Part shown: positions 1 to 8,479 of the stretch, piece after piece
Numbering within the stretch: position 1 is the first letter of the stretch
Layout: the number at the start of each line of letters is the position of its first letter
Source of the DNA: Parcubacteria group bacterium Gr01-1014_31
Lineage (GTDB): Bacteria; Patescibacteriota; Patescibacteriia; Buchananbacterales; GWA2-38-13
Reading direction: 5' to 3'
DNA length: 64,000 nucleotides
Assembly (NCBI GenBank): GCA_007376135.1
Contig: VMFR01000006.1
Coordinates: 3,273 to 67,272 of the forward strand
Notes under the pieces: generated by a model
What the model saw: the letters and a program-made list of their open reading frames with translations, nothing else
What the model was told of the DNA's origin: nothing
The model's database searches: none
Program-made: the position numbers and the translations under genes

Positions 1-124
1 GGGTTGGTTCATTTCGGCTTCACAGCCGCGGATCTCGACTTTGACCTGGTCGAGGTCAAAGTAACCTCCAATGCACAGCCGCTTTCTCGCGCAGCTGGAA
101 AATTTCTTTCAGTAATTCTTTCAT
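1..124 (-). CDS. prfB: peptide chain release factor 2, 5' end only (gene runs off the window); contains the programmed +1 frameshift site
   Basis: Minus-strand ATG at 122-124 gives MKELLKEIFQLREKAAVHWRLL followed by an in-frame TGA. A +1 shift at CTT TGA C (plus 55-61) continues as DLDQVKVEIRGCEAEMNQP. This aligns with E. coli RF2 LRGYL|DYDAKKERLEEVNAELEQP. An SD-like GGAGG lies 3 nt upstream of CTTTGAC, as in the canonical RF2 shift site. Confidence 0.7.
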
Positions 125-188
125 GGGTGGCCTGATTGAATGATGAATATATCCTATCGTTCGGAAAAATTCAATGCCGTGCGTTCGT

Positions 189-560
189 CTAGCGGCAGCC
201 CTTATCCGCGAGGTACTGCTTGCCGAGCGCGCTGCAATCGCAGTAGTCGCCGAATTTGGACCGCTTCCAGGTGCCGCCGCTCGCGGAGCACACCGGCTGG
301 GCCGCGGTCGTCAGCGCGGAAACCGGCTCGCAGGCGCGGAACTCCACGGCGGTCGCATCCCCGCGTCCGGGTTCATAGTAAGCCTGGCACCCGGGATGGC
401 GGCCGCATTGGGCCTCGCTCAGATACTGGCAGCGGCGTATGCCTAAAATGTACGACTGCAAACGCTCGCCCATCAGGCCGCGGTAGGCCATGATGAACAG
501 GAGCGCCAGGATGGCGACGGCGGCAAAAACGGCGAAGAGCGGAAATAATCGTTTGTGCAT
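189..560 (-). CDS. hypothetical small Cys-rich membrane-anchored or secreted protein (124 aa, start at internal MHKRLF)
   Basis: N-terminal hydrophobic helix (LFPLFAVFAAVAILALLFIMAY) followed by a Cys-rich C-terminal half. The track ORF 189..767 has a Pro/Arg/Gly-rich N-terminal extension typical of GC artefact. No recognisable family. Confidence 0.35.
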   Translation of the reverse strand: MHKRLFPLFAVFAAVAILALLFIMAYRGLMGERLQSYILGIRRCQYLSEAQCGRHPGCQAYYEPGRGDATAVEFRACEPVSALTTAAQPVCSASGGTWKRSKFGDYCDCSALGKQYLADKGCR

Positions 561-567
561 AGAATGT

Positions 568-891
568 TTATCTGCTCGGCGATATCGCGGGGATAGCGAT
601 GAACGCCGAATCGGACACGCGCCCGCAACGGTCGATCGCGACGCCCTCGGACCGCAAAAGTTCCGCTTTCCGGCGCCGGCCCCAGGCAAACCCGCCCAGG
701 TCCCCGCTGCTGGCAACGACCCGATGGCAAGGTACCGGCCCCGGGGTCGGATTTCGGTGCAGCGCATTGCCCACCGCCCGGGCCGCCCGCCGGCACCCGA
801 CGGCCGCTGCTATCGCCGCGTAGGAAGCAACCCGACCGGCCGGTATGCGTCGCGCCGCCGCATACACGAGCTGCGTGAACGTGTCCTCCAT
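568..891 (-). CDS. methylated-DNA-protein-cysteine methyltransferase family protein (MGMT/Ogt C-terminal DNA-binding domain, short YbaZ-like form)
   Basis: 107 aa with the active-site motif VPCHRVV (PCHR) and the surrounding helix-turn-helix region. Confidence 0.7.
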   Translation of the reverse strand: MEDTFTQLVYAAARRIPAGRVASYAAIAAAVGCRRAARAVGNALHRNPTPGPVPCHRVVASSGDLGGFAWGRRRKAELLRSEGVAIDRCGRVSDSAFIAIPAISPSR

Positions 892-894
892 AGC

Positions 895-1260
895 CTACCG
901 CAATGGCGGCAACAGTTTCAGATACTCCTGCACGTACGACTGAATGAGCGGCGGCAAGTAAATTACACCCACCACCAGCGGCACAACGATGAGGAGGAAT
1001 TTGACCGCTCCCCAAACCCGATGCCAGAACATCCACCGCCGCCAACGCTCCAAGAGCGCGTAGCAGGCTTTGGTGTAATTGAGGTTGTCCTCCAGTAGCT
1101 GCCGCAGCTCCTGGATACGCTCGACCGCATCCTTCGGCGTGAACTGATGGATGGTTTTCGCGTACCGCAGCGTTTCCTCCGCCACCCCGCGCATTTCATC
1201 GAGATGCTCATGGAACGACTTGCTGTCGCCGCTGGTGCGCTGGTTGATGCTTTCCGGCAT
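895..1260 (-). CDS. hypothetical C-terminally membrane-anchored protein
   Basis: 121 aa with non-biased composition and a coiled, charged N-terminal part. A C-terminal TM (FLLIVVPLVVGVIYL) is present. It is the last gene of the co-directional B12-related block. Confidence 0.4.
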   Translation of the reverse strand: MPESINQRTSGDSKSFHEHLDEMRGVAEETLRYAKTIHQFTPKDAVERIQELRQLLEDNLNYTKACYALLERWRRWMFWHRVWGAVKFLLIVVPLVVGVIYLPPLIQSYVQEYLKLLPPLR

Positions 1261-1354
1261 AGGTTTTTATCACGTTCACTATACCATAAAAACCGGTCCG
1301 ACAAAAAACCTGCCGAACGGTGGGTTCGCAGACTCCGCTGACGAAAAAATTGGC

Positions 1355-1909
1355 TTACTGGCGCGCTAAAGGCAGAGGGGCCAAGACGGGCTTCCGCAGG
1401 CTGCGCCGAGCCCGGACGGCCTCAACCGCACCGAACATCACGGAGGTAAACACCAGATCCCCCACCAAGGTATTGCGGAAGAACGGCAGGGCGGCCACGT
1501 AGCTGGAAAGCAATCCGGCACCGGTCGTCGGGTACAGCGGGGTGAACTGCCATACCGCGTAGTTGGTCACCAGGTAAAACAGCGTGGAACCGCCCAAACT
1601 CGCCAGAACGACGCGCTCCCACCGGACGGCGCCGTGCCGCCGGATGCAGGCGCCCAGCCACGCCATGACAACAAAACTTCCGTACACCGACAACATGACG
1701 GGCAGCGCGTAGCCGCCGATGATGAAATTGCTCACGACCATGCCGGCGAGCCCGACCAGCATGCCCCAACGCCAGCCAAGGTACCCGGCGGCCACCAACG
1801 TAACGGCCGCCGCCGCGGTGAAGTTCGCCTGGTGCGGCAGCAGCCGCGTCACGACCGCGAATGCGATAAGGGCAACAGCAGCGACACCGCGGGAAATATT
1901 TACGTTCAT
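1355..1909 (-). CDS. polytopic membrane protein, possible ECF-transporter S-component (CbrT-like)
   Basis: 184 aa with about 5-6 TM helices, a size typical of ECF S components. It sits immediately downstream of a DUF4430 gene, a pairing seen in cobalamin ECF loci, and the riboswitch upstream of the block supports a B12 role. Confidence 0.4.
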   Translation of the reverse strand: MNVNISRGVAAVALIAFAVVTRLLPHQANFTAAAAVTLVAAGYLGWRWGMLVGLAGMVVSNFIIGGYALPVMLSVYGSFVVMAWLGACIRRHGAVRWERVVLASLGGSTLFYLVTNYAVWQFTPLYPTTGAGLLSSYVAALPFFRNTLVGDLVFTSVMFGAVEAVRARRSLRKPVLAPLPLARQ

Positions 1910-1955
1910 ATGATGGAAAATGCAAAAAAAATTTAATCGCGATGAGGGGCCGAGT

Positions 1956-2450
1956 TCACCTCATTTCCGCCACAAAACCTCTGTCGGTGTATTTCCACAG
2001 CACCTGGTCGCCTGGCTGCAGCGGGAATCGGCTGGCGCTGACCTCGGCGAAACGCTGATTGACCCAGTAATGCCAGAAACGATCGGCACCGGCATCATTC
2101 CTGATGCCGCCGATACCATCCACAAGCACGCCCATTGCTCCAAAATCCTCGTGGGTAACGGCAAGCCCGTTGTCTTTTTCCACCTGCTGCAGTGCCGACC
2201 ACACCGTCTGCTCTGCGGCCAGCGGAATGGTGCCGTACGTAACCACGCGTCCGTCGCCGAAGTCCACCATCACGCTCGCGGTCGAGGTCGGCACCGCGGC
2301 GGGGATTTGCACCGCCGGCGCGAAGGGAACGAAGGACCGGGGCAGAAACCAACCCGCTGCCACCCCAACGGCCAGTATCGCCAAACCGCTAAACCAACGA
2401 CGCATACCCCGTAGGATAACGGTCAAACGTGCAGTCGCGTATTGCTCCAT
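1956..2450 (-). CDS. DUF4430 domain protein (secreted or membrane-anchored)
   Basis: N-terminal anchor followed by a DUF4430-like core: VMVDFGDG...GTIPLAAEQTVWSALQQ...DFGAMGVLVDGIGG...DRFWHYWVNQRFAEVSASRFPLQPGDQVLW. This follows the pattern of DUF4430 family proteins from Firmicutes. Confidence 0.6.
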   Translation of the reverse strand: MEQYATARLTVILRGMRRWFSGLAILAVGVAAGWFLPRSFVPFAPAVQIPAAVPTSTASVMVDFGDGRVVTYGTIPLAAEQTVWSALQQVEKDNGLAVTHEDFGAMGVLVDGIGGIRNDAGADRFWHYWVNQRFAEVSASRFPLQPGDQVLWKYTDRGFVAEMR

Positions 2451-2497
2451 AAAGTTTTTCTACGCTGCCGCAGGTTCGCTCTGCGCCGCCCGTGGTC

Positions 2498-3001
2498 CTA
2501 CGGGGCATAGGAACGTGAACGGTTATGCCGCAGCAGGTACGCCGCCAACACCGAAAGCGCGCCAAGTACTATGCCCCGCACCGCCGCCCCTACCCAGGCA
2601 TGTTCCGCGGCCAGCTCGACAGGATAGCGAATTCCGGTGGCGATCCGTATGGCAGAACCCTGCAACGGCCGCGCCACAACCAGCACATCGACTGATCTGG
2701 TGCGCCAGCCTGAGGGCCGGTAGCGCAGCGCTACCCGTTCGCTGGCGCCGGGGTTGAGCTGGAACGCCTCCGGTTCGATCGCCAGGGCAACGCCGTCCGG
2801 CGGCTGGATAGTGTAGGCGGCGGGCTCCGGCATGATATTCGTGACCAGGAACTCCCCGGCGACCGGCTCCCCGGCCGGCCCGGACAATCGCAGCGAGGCC
2901 GGACGGACGCTCAACCCAGCGGCGTTGCCGGGCAGAGCCGACAGGACACCCGCGACGATGGCCAGCAGCGCGCCATGGAGATACGAACGCGGGTTCAGCA
3001 T
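2498..3001 (-). CDS. hypothetical secreted protein with C-terminal TM anchor
   Basis: Signal peptide, a roughly 100-aa beta-rich domain and a C-terminal TM (VRGIVLGALSVLAAYLL). It is the middle gene of the riboswitch-controlled block. Confidence 0.4.
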   Translation of the reverse strand: MLNPRSYLHGALLAIVAGVLSALPGNAAGLSVRPASLRLSGPAGEPVAGEFLVTNIMPEPAAYTIQPPDGVALAIEPEAFQLNPGASERVALRYRPSGWRTRSVDVLVVARPLQGSAIRIATGIRYPVELAAEHAWVGAAVRGIVLGALSVLAAYLLRHNRSRSYAP

Positions 3002-3034
3002 ATCGGAAATAGCGGGAAAGAGGAATCCACCGCC

Positions 3035-4855
3035 CTACCTCGGATCGGCCCAAAAGATAAGTTCGCCGGTCTTAATGCCGCGGCCGAGGTAGCTGCCAGG
3101 AACGGTCAGCTCGGCGGTCACGGGAGCAGTGTGTTGGTGCAATACGTCAACGGCAAACTCCGGCCACGCGACACCGCCCAATACCAGCGCGGCGAACAGC
3201 GGGTCCCCCTTCACCTCGGCGGTCACCGCCACATCCACGGTGCCGTCATTTTTCAACGTCACGTCGCCCGCCGCTCGTTGTCCGGGGGTCAGGCGGCCGA
3301 AATCCAACTGCGCCGGGGTGACCGAGAAGACAATGGAGGAGCCCCCGACCGTACCGCCTGGACCACCGCCCCCCTCCACCACCTCTACCTTAAGCTGCAT
3401 GGTGCCAGAAACCCCGTCACCGACCGATAATTCCTGCGACGCGCTGCGCACAAAGTCGGTCTTGCTGGCCTGCAGCGTGTAGCGCCCGTCCGGTAATGAC
3501 AGGAGCGCGGTGCCGTCACTGGCCGTCGTCACCGGACTTGGCGTGCCAGCTATCGTTGCTCCATCGAGGGAGGACCAGGCACCATCGCGGAACACTGTTA
3601 CCGTCGCGGTCACTGAACCGCCGCTGGCAACGGCTGCCGACGTTAGGCCCAACCGCAACGGGCGGTCGTAGTCAGGATACTCCGGCGTTCGATAATCAGG
3701 GTCCCAATACACCAGCACTTCGTCGTTCGGCTGCAACTGGTAACTCTGCAGTCCGACGCTGGCTGGCTCGTTGTTCACCAAATACATCCACGAAGCAAGC
3801 CCGCTGGCGTGTTCGTCATTGATGTCGGTCAGCAGAAACCCCAGCCCTTCAATGGTCGCGCCGCTGAACGAGTACCCACAGGCCGTCGCGCCCGCCGCGA
3901 GAAGGTCGTAGGCCGTGCTACCGTCCAGGCGGGTGTTGCAGAGCGTGCGGTCGCGGCCTTCCACGCGGTAGACGTACGCGCCATCAACCGCGGGACGGTA
4001 GTACCCGACCGGAATAGTAGCACCCGACAAGGCCAACGCTGCATCCTGGGTCGCGAACGCATTTGCCCCCGGCTGCGATAGCATCCAGGAGAACGACCCG
4101 TCAGAGTTCTCCAATGACGCGAGAAAGGTGAGCGGCGTGCCGCCCGGCTGCGTGACCTCTGCCGGGTCCAGCCCGAGCTTGCGGAGGGCCAACATTGCCC
4201 AGGCGGTGGAATCCGCATCCGATTCCGTACCGGCGACATAAGGAAACCCGCCGTCGCCATTCTGCAGTCCGCGCAGATAGCTCAGGGCCGAGGCGAGCGC
4301 GGGAGCATCGGCGGCCACTCCTGCTTCGCGCAGCGCCAACAATGCGGCGGCGGTGCTGTTGGAATCGCTGGAACTGCCGACCGCAAAGCCGAAACCCCCG
4401 TCGCTGTTCTGGTGGGAGACCAGGTACGATTTTGCGCTGGAAATCAGCGGGTCGCTTGTAGAAATACTGGCGGATGACAGCGCAAGAATTCCCCAGGCGT
4501 CGTCATTGAGGAACGCCGGGTCGCCCAGCTGTCCCCCGCTGGCCAGCGCCTGCAGTTGCGCGACGTAATCCACGTTGCCAAAAGTTGCGGGGTTTTGCCC
4601 GAGGGCGGCGAGCGCCAAAATAGCTTTGGCGTAGTCGTTCACTCCGCTGCCGGAAACGCTGCGCAAATGTTCCGTCGGCAGATTTGCAACGCCATTGGCG
4701 GCGAGCGCCATCGTGATCCAGGCGTTGGGCGCGAGGGTTTGCAGGTAACTGACCGTGGTCGGACTGATGCCGGCCCGACCGGGCATCACGGTGGCCGCCA
4801 GGACCGTCACCACGGCTCCGGATGCGGCGATCCAACGGAATCGGTTTGCGGACAT
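3035..4855 (-). CDS. surface protein with prenyltransferase/squalene-oxidase-like alpha-alpha toroid repeats, a DUF4430 domain and Ig-like C-terminal domains
   Basis: Start set at MSANRFRW (signal peptide) with an AGGGAG SD. It contains repeated ...LALxxxG...SDGGF/SDGSF... motifs typical of terpenoid-cyclase/prenyltransferase repeats. A second DUF4430-like segment follows (...ASGLASWMYLVNNEPASVGLQSYQLQPNDEVLVYW). The C-terminal region is Gly-rich and beta-type. Confidence 0.6.
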   Translation of the reverse strand: MSANRFRWIAASGAVVTVLAATVMPGRAGISPTTVSYLQTLAPNAWITMALAANGVANLPTEHLRSVSGSGVNDYAKAILALAALGQNPATFGNVDYVAQLQALASGGQLGDPAFLNDDAWGILALSSASISTSDPLISSAKSYLVSHQNSDGGFGFAVGSSSDSNSTAAALLALREAGVAADAPALASALSYLRGLQNGDGGFPYVAGTESDADSTAWAMLALRKLGLDPAEVTQPGGTPLTFLASLENSDGSFSWMLSQPGANAFATQDAALALSGATIPVGYYRPAVDGAYVYRVEGRDRTLCNTRLDGSTAYDLLAAGATACGYSFSGATIEGLGFLLTDINDEHASGLASWMYLVNNEPASVGLQSYQLQPNDEVLVYWDPDYRTPEYPDYDRPLRLGLTSAAVASGGSVTATVTVFRDGAWSSLDGATIAGTPSPVTTASDGTALLSLPDGRYTLQASKTDFVRSASQELSVGDGVSGTMQLKVEVVEGGGGPGGTVGGSSIVFSVTPAQLDFGRLTPGQRAAGDVTLKNDGTVDVAVTAEVKGDPLFAALVLGGVAWPEFAVDVLHQHTAPVTAELTVPGSYLGRGIKTGELIFWADPR

Positions 4856-5100
4856 AAAAAAATCTCCCTGATTCGAGGGAGTGGAACGGCCACGCGCGGA
4901 CGCCCGCGGAGCGCCAGCAGGCCTGGCCGATTCACCAACTCTTATTCCTCGAAGAGTTACGTGAGTAAGCGTTCCGTGGATAGCGACCGGGCTTGGTCCC
5001 CACGACATGGGGCCATTACCGTTGCGGGTCAGCGGCTGAATCACACAGCACTTCGTACCCGCGGAACGTTCGGATTGTCAATCCTTCGACTGGCTCAGGA
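4856..5100 (-). promoter_or_regulatory. cobalamin (AdoCbl) riboswitch with terminator-type expression platform
   Basis: The minus strand reads GGGTACGAAGTGCTGTGTGATTCAGCCGCTGACCCGCAACGGTAATGG (plus 5013-5060). This matches the cobalamin riboswitch core (GCxGxCCCGCxACxGTxA and the upstream AGTG..A.TC) and closely parallels E. coli btuB GGGAATCCAGTGCGAATCTGGAGCTGACGCGCAGCGGTAAGG. A B12-box-like CCAAGCCCGG (plus 4988-4997) is identical over 9 nt to btuB. The leader ends in the hairpin CTCCCTGATTCGAGGGAG plus U7 (plus 4856-4881), which also contains the SD directly before the ATG. Confidence 0.75.
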
Positions 5101-5243
5101 CTTTGAGTCATGAGCGCCTCAGGCCAATGATTGACCCTGAGCGCAATCGAATGGGTCAATGCAATGCTTGAGCTTCACCAGCGTACGCAGCATCTCAACA
5201 TCCGTCAAGGACGCTGATTGTGGATAAACGATACCGGCATCCC

Positions 5244-7133
5244 CTACTTAGCTGCCGGCCCCGCCGGACGGAAGATCTCTGCGACCATGGCCGCCACCGC
5301 TGGCGCGCCGCCATAAGGACGGGGAGAAAGTTCCAACGGGTCCTGGGCGAGGTCGAACACCGAAACGGTATCCGCCTGAAAATCCACCAGATATTTCAGG
5401 GGGAAACGGAGGAGCGCCAAGCGCGGCCGCGTATACGGCTGCAACATCAATATGGATGTGGCCACGGCAGCGGGCCTGCCCTGTAACGGGTCGCGCAACG
5501 ATCGCCCCAAGAGCGTCGGCGAAACCGGCAATTGCAGCAGGTCGACGATCGTGGGGAGAATGTCCATCTGGCTGCGGGCTTCAGCTATCGGTTGCCCGAA
5601 AGAGAAACGCCAAGGGTTTTCCTTGGGCGGTACGGCCAGCAAGAAGCTGCTGAAACTTCCGTCGCGCACGTCGTACTCAACGGTCGTGAAATTGCCGATC
5701 CGGTCCATCTGGAACCCGGTATCGCTATAGGCAAACACCATGGTGCCAGGCATCTCCTCTAATGCCTCCAGCAGCTGCCCCAGGTAAGCGTCCTGAACGA
5801 AGGTGGTGTTGATCAGCTGCTCGCGGAACGTCTGCGGGGTCGGGAACGGTACCGATGCAAGCATTGCCGGATCTTGTACCGTCGGCCACGGGTAGTGGTT
5901 GGTGCCACTGACCGCAATCAGCGCGAACACCCGGTCGTTCTCCGCGCGACGCAGCACTTCAACGACGCGCCGGAAGTACACGTCTTCACGGTACCCCCAA
6001 GGCAACAGCGGGTCGCCCGGTTCGGTGATATCGGCGTCGTGCAGCTCGTCAAAGCCGATAGCGGAAAGCCACCGGTCGCCGTGCGCGAACGTCAGGTGGT
6101 CGTTCTTAAAAACTATCGTGCGGTAGCCGGCCTCGCGCAGCAGCCGCGGCAAGCAGGGCAATCGCTGGAGCTGCTCACGAGGGTAGCTGTTGACGAGGGT
6201 GTCGCCCACGGACGGCGGCAGACCGCACAACAGACTTTCCTGCGACCGGATGGTCTGGACCCCGTTGCTATAGAAGCGCGGAAACAGCACGCCGCGCTGG
6301 GCGTACCGATACAGTGTGGGTGTGGTCGTCGGACGCACCAGGTCGCCGCTGACGCTCTCCAGCTGGACAAAAATAATGCGCCGGGGCGCGTCCGCGGGCA
6401 GCGACCCGCTGCGTTGGGGAGCGCTCGCGCTGCGCTCCAACAGCCGCGCGTACCCCGTGGCGTACGCTCCCCGACCCGCGTTCCCGAAGGTATGGACAAA
6501 GCGGGATAATTCTCCGGTGAACTCGCGGTATCCCAACAGCGCCCCGAGCGCAGCGACCAGCAACAACGCGCTCGTCCCGATCTGGAGCCAGTTGCGTTCG
6601 GACCGCGGCCGGGAGTTCCACGACCACGCCAGCAACAACCAAAAAACGGCGAACGCGGGTCCGAGCAACCCAAGTGCCCACAGCACTTCGGGCCCGAAAC
6701 TGCGCGCCACGGTGGTGAGCGCATCACCGCGGTTGAACCAAAAGAAAGCGAAATCGAAGGTCAAACCGCTGCGCCAGTGGTAGAGCAGCAAAAACCAATA
6801 GAGCTGGTGGACCAGGCCGAAACCCGCGGCCGTCGCGATGACGACCGCTATCCGCAGCAGTCGCGGACGCAGAAATCCCGCTGTCAGAACGAGCCATAGC
6901 GGCACGAATATTGACCAACCAACGGTCACCACGAGCCAGACCGGCAGTGATGTAAATGGCGCCGCGACTGCCTGGTGTGCGATCAACAGCGTCCGCCTAA
7001 CAAGGTAAAGCTCGATCAGCGCCGCCGCCAGCCAATACACCACCAGCAACCCGAGCAACGGCCAGGCCGCATAACGGGCGGCGGCAACGCCTCCCCGGTC
7101 CAGGAATGTTGACCAACGCTTCAGTAGGGACAT
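5244..7133 (-). CDS. LTA-synthase / sulfatase-family membrane protein (alkaline-phosphatase superfamily, LtaS/MdoB-like)
   Basis: 629 aa with N-terminal multi-TM region and an extracytoplasmic sulfatase-like domain (RIIFVQLESVSGDLV..., ...GTNHYPW...). Confidence 0.65.
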   Translation of the reverse strand: MSLLKRWSTFLDRGGVAAARYAAWPLLGLLVVYWLAAALIELYLVRRTLLIAHQAVAAPFTSLPVWLVVTVGWSIFVPLWLVLTAGFLRPRLLRIAVVIATAAGFGLVHQLYWFLLLYHWRSGLTFDFAFFWFNRGDALTTVARSFGPEVLWALGLLGPAFAVFWLLLAWSWNSRPRSERNWLQIGTSALLLVAALGALLGYREFTGELSRFVHTFGNAGRGAYATGYARLLERSASAPQRSGSLPADAPRRIIFVQLESVSGDLVRPTTTPTLYRYAQRGVLFPRFYSNGVQTIRSQESLLCGLPPSVGDTLVNSYPREQLQRLPCLPRLLREAGYRTIVFKNDHLTFAHGDRWLSAIGFDELHDADITEPGDPLLPWGYREDVYFRRVVEVLRRAENDRVFALIAVSGTNHYPWPTVQDPAMLASVPFPTPQTFREQLINTTFVQDAYLGQLLEALEEMPGTMVFAYSDTGFQMDRIGNFTTVEYDVRDGSFSSFLLAVPPKENPWRFSFGQPIAEARSQMDILPTIVDLLQLPVSPTLLGRSLRDPLQGRPAAVATSILMLQPYTRPRLALLRFPLKYLVDFQADTVSVFDLAQDPLELSPRPYGGAPAVAAMVAEIFRPAGPAAK

Positions 7134-7190
7134 GGCATGAAAAAACCGTCGGTACGCTCCGACAGCCAGCTGACGGCGCCCGCCTGGCCG

Positions 7191-8450
7191 CTACCGCTTG
7201 ATGCGGCGGCGGATGAATGCGGGGATCTCCAGCTCCTCCTCTTCGGTAGTTTTTGACGGGGTAGGCATGGTGGGCTCTTCCGCGACTGGTTCGGGGATGG
7301 GCATCGGGCGCGGGGCGGGGCGGGGCGGTTCGGGCTTCCGCTCGCGGCGGACAAAGGCGGTGGGCTTGTAGCTGGTCTCCGCGGTCGGTTCCTCGTGTAA
7401 GGACTTCGCGCGCTCGGCAAACCCCGTGGCAATGACAGTGATCTTCACCTCGTCTTTCAGCGCCTCGTCGATGACGGTGCCGAAGATGATCTTGGCGTTG
7501 GGGTCGGCCGATTGGGTGATGATCTTGGCCGCTTCGTTGACCTCGTGCATCGTAATGCCGCGCGGCCCGGCGATGCTGAACAAAATGCCTTTGGCGCCCT
7601 CAATGGAGAGCTCCAGGAGCGGGCTGGAAACGGCGGCCTTGGCGGCGTTGACCGCGCGGTTCTCGCCGCTGGCGCGGCCGATACCCATCAACGCGGACCC
7701 GGTATCCGACATGATGGCTTTGACGTCGGCGAAATCCAGGTTGATAAGTCCGGGAACCGTAATGAGGTCGGCGATCCCCTGCACGCCCTGCCGCAGGGTC
7801 TCATCGCACGTTTCAAAAGCGTCCAAGAGGGATACCTGCTTGTCCACCACCTGCAGCAGCCGGTCGTTGGGGATGGTGATAATGGCATCCACCTTCTCTT
7901 TCAGTTCGGCGTGCGCTTTCTCGGCGATCTCGCGCCGCTGCGCGCCTTCAAAAGTGAACGGCTTGGTCACCACCGCCACGGTCAATGCCCCCAATTCTTT
8001 GGCAATGCCGGCCACCGTCGGCGATGCGCCCGAGCCGGTGCCGCCGCCCAGACCGCAGGTGATGAACACCATATCCGCGCCACGCAGCATATCGCGCAGC
8101 TCATTGACGCTCTCGTCGGCCGCCGCGCGTCCAACCGTCGGGTCCATGCCGGCGCCGAGTCCGCGGGTGGTGTTCTTGCCGATATGCAAACGGTGCTGCG
8201 CGTGACACTGATGCAGCGCCTGCAGATCCGTATTGATCGCCAAAAAATCGACGCCCTTGATCTTGGCGGCAACCATCCGGTTAACGGCCGACCCTCCCGA
8301 CCCCCCGACGCCGATCACCTTGATCTTTGCGATTGTCTCAATGTCTGGTTTGAATTCGCCCATAACGGTATTGAGGATCGAGAATGCAGAATCGGGAATT
8401 GAGAAGATGTGCTCGCGGATAAACCCCTTGGACTCCATTTCGCCTCCCAA
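7191..8450 (-). CDS. ftsZ: cell division GTPase FtsZ
   Basis: Tubulin signature GGGTGSGASP, ...VVTKPFTFEG..., and a C-terminal Pro-rich tail with conserved end EIPAFIRRR. Confidence 0.95.
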   Translation of the reverse strand: MGGEMESKGFIREHIFSIPDSAFSILNTVMGEFKPDIETIAKIKVIGVGGSGGSAVNRMVAAKIKGVDFLAINTDLQALHQCHAQHRLHIGKNTTRGLGAGMDPTVGRAAADESVNELRDMLRGADMVFITCGLGGGTGSGASPTVAGIAKELGALTVAVVTKPFTFEGAQRREIAEKAHAELKEKVDAIITIPNDRLLQVVDKQVSLLDAFETCDETLRQGVQGIADLITVPGLINLDFADVKAIMSDTGSALMGIGRASGENRAVNAAKAAVSSPLLELSIEGAKGILFSIAGPRGITMHEVNEAAKIITQSADPNAKIIFGTVIDEALKDEVKITVIATGFAERAKSLHEEPTAETSYKPTAFVRRERKPEPPRPAPRPMPIPEPVAEEPTMPTPSKTTEEEELEIPAFIRRRIKR

Positions 8451-8479
8451 TTCACAATTCCGAATCCCTGATTCCCCGC

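Noticed and set aside
174-1098. Overlapping ORFs 174..446(+), 473..1045(-), 490..1098(+), 599..823(+), 140..493(+)
   Set aside because: They overlap the MGMT-family gene and the small Cys-rich protein gene in other frames. Arg/Pro/Ala-rich low-complexity translations. Interpreted as GC artefacts.
7134-7190. Terminator-like hairpin GTCGGAGCGTACCGAC plus T-run after ftsZ
   Set aside because: Only a 5-bp stem, and the T-run abuts the next gene's start codon. Too weak to call.
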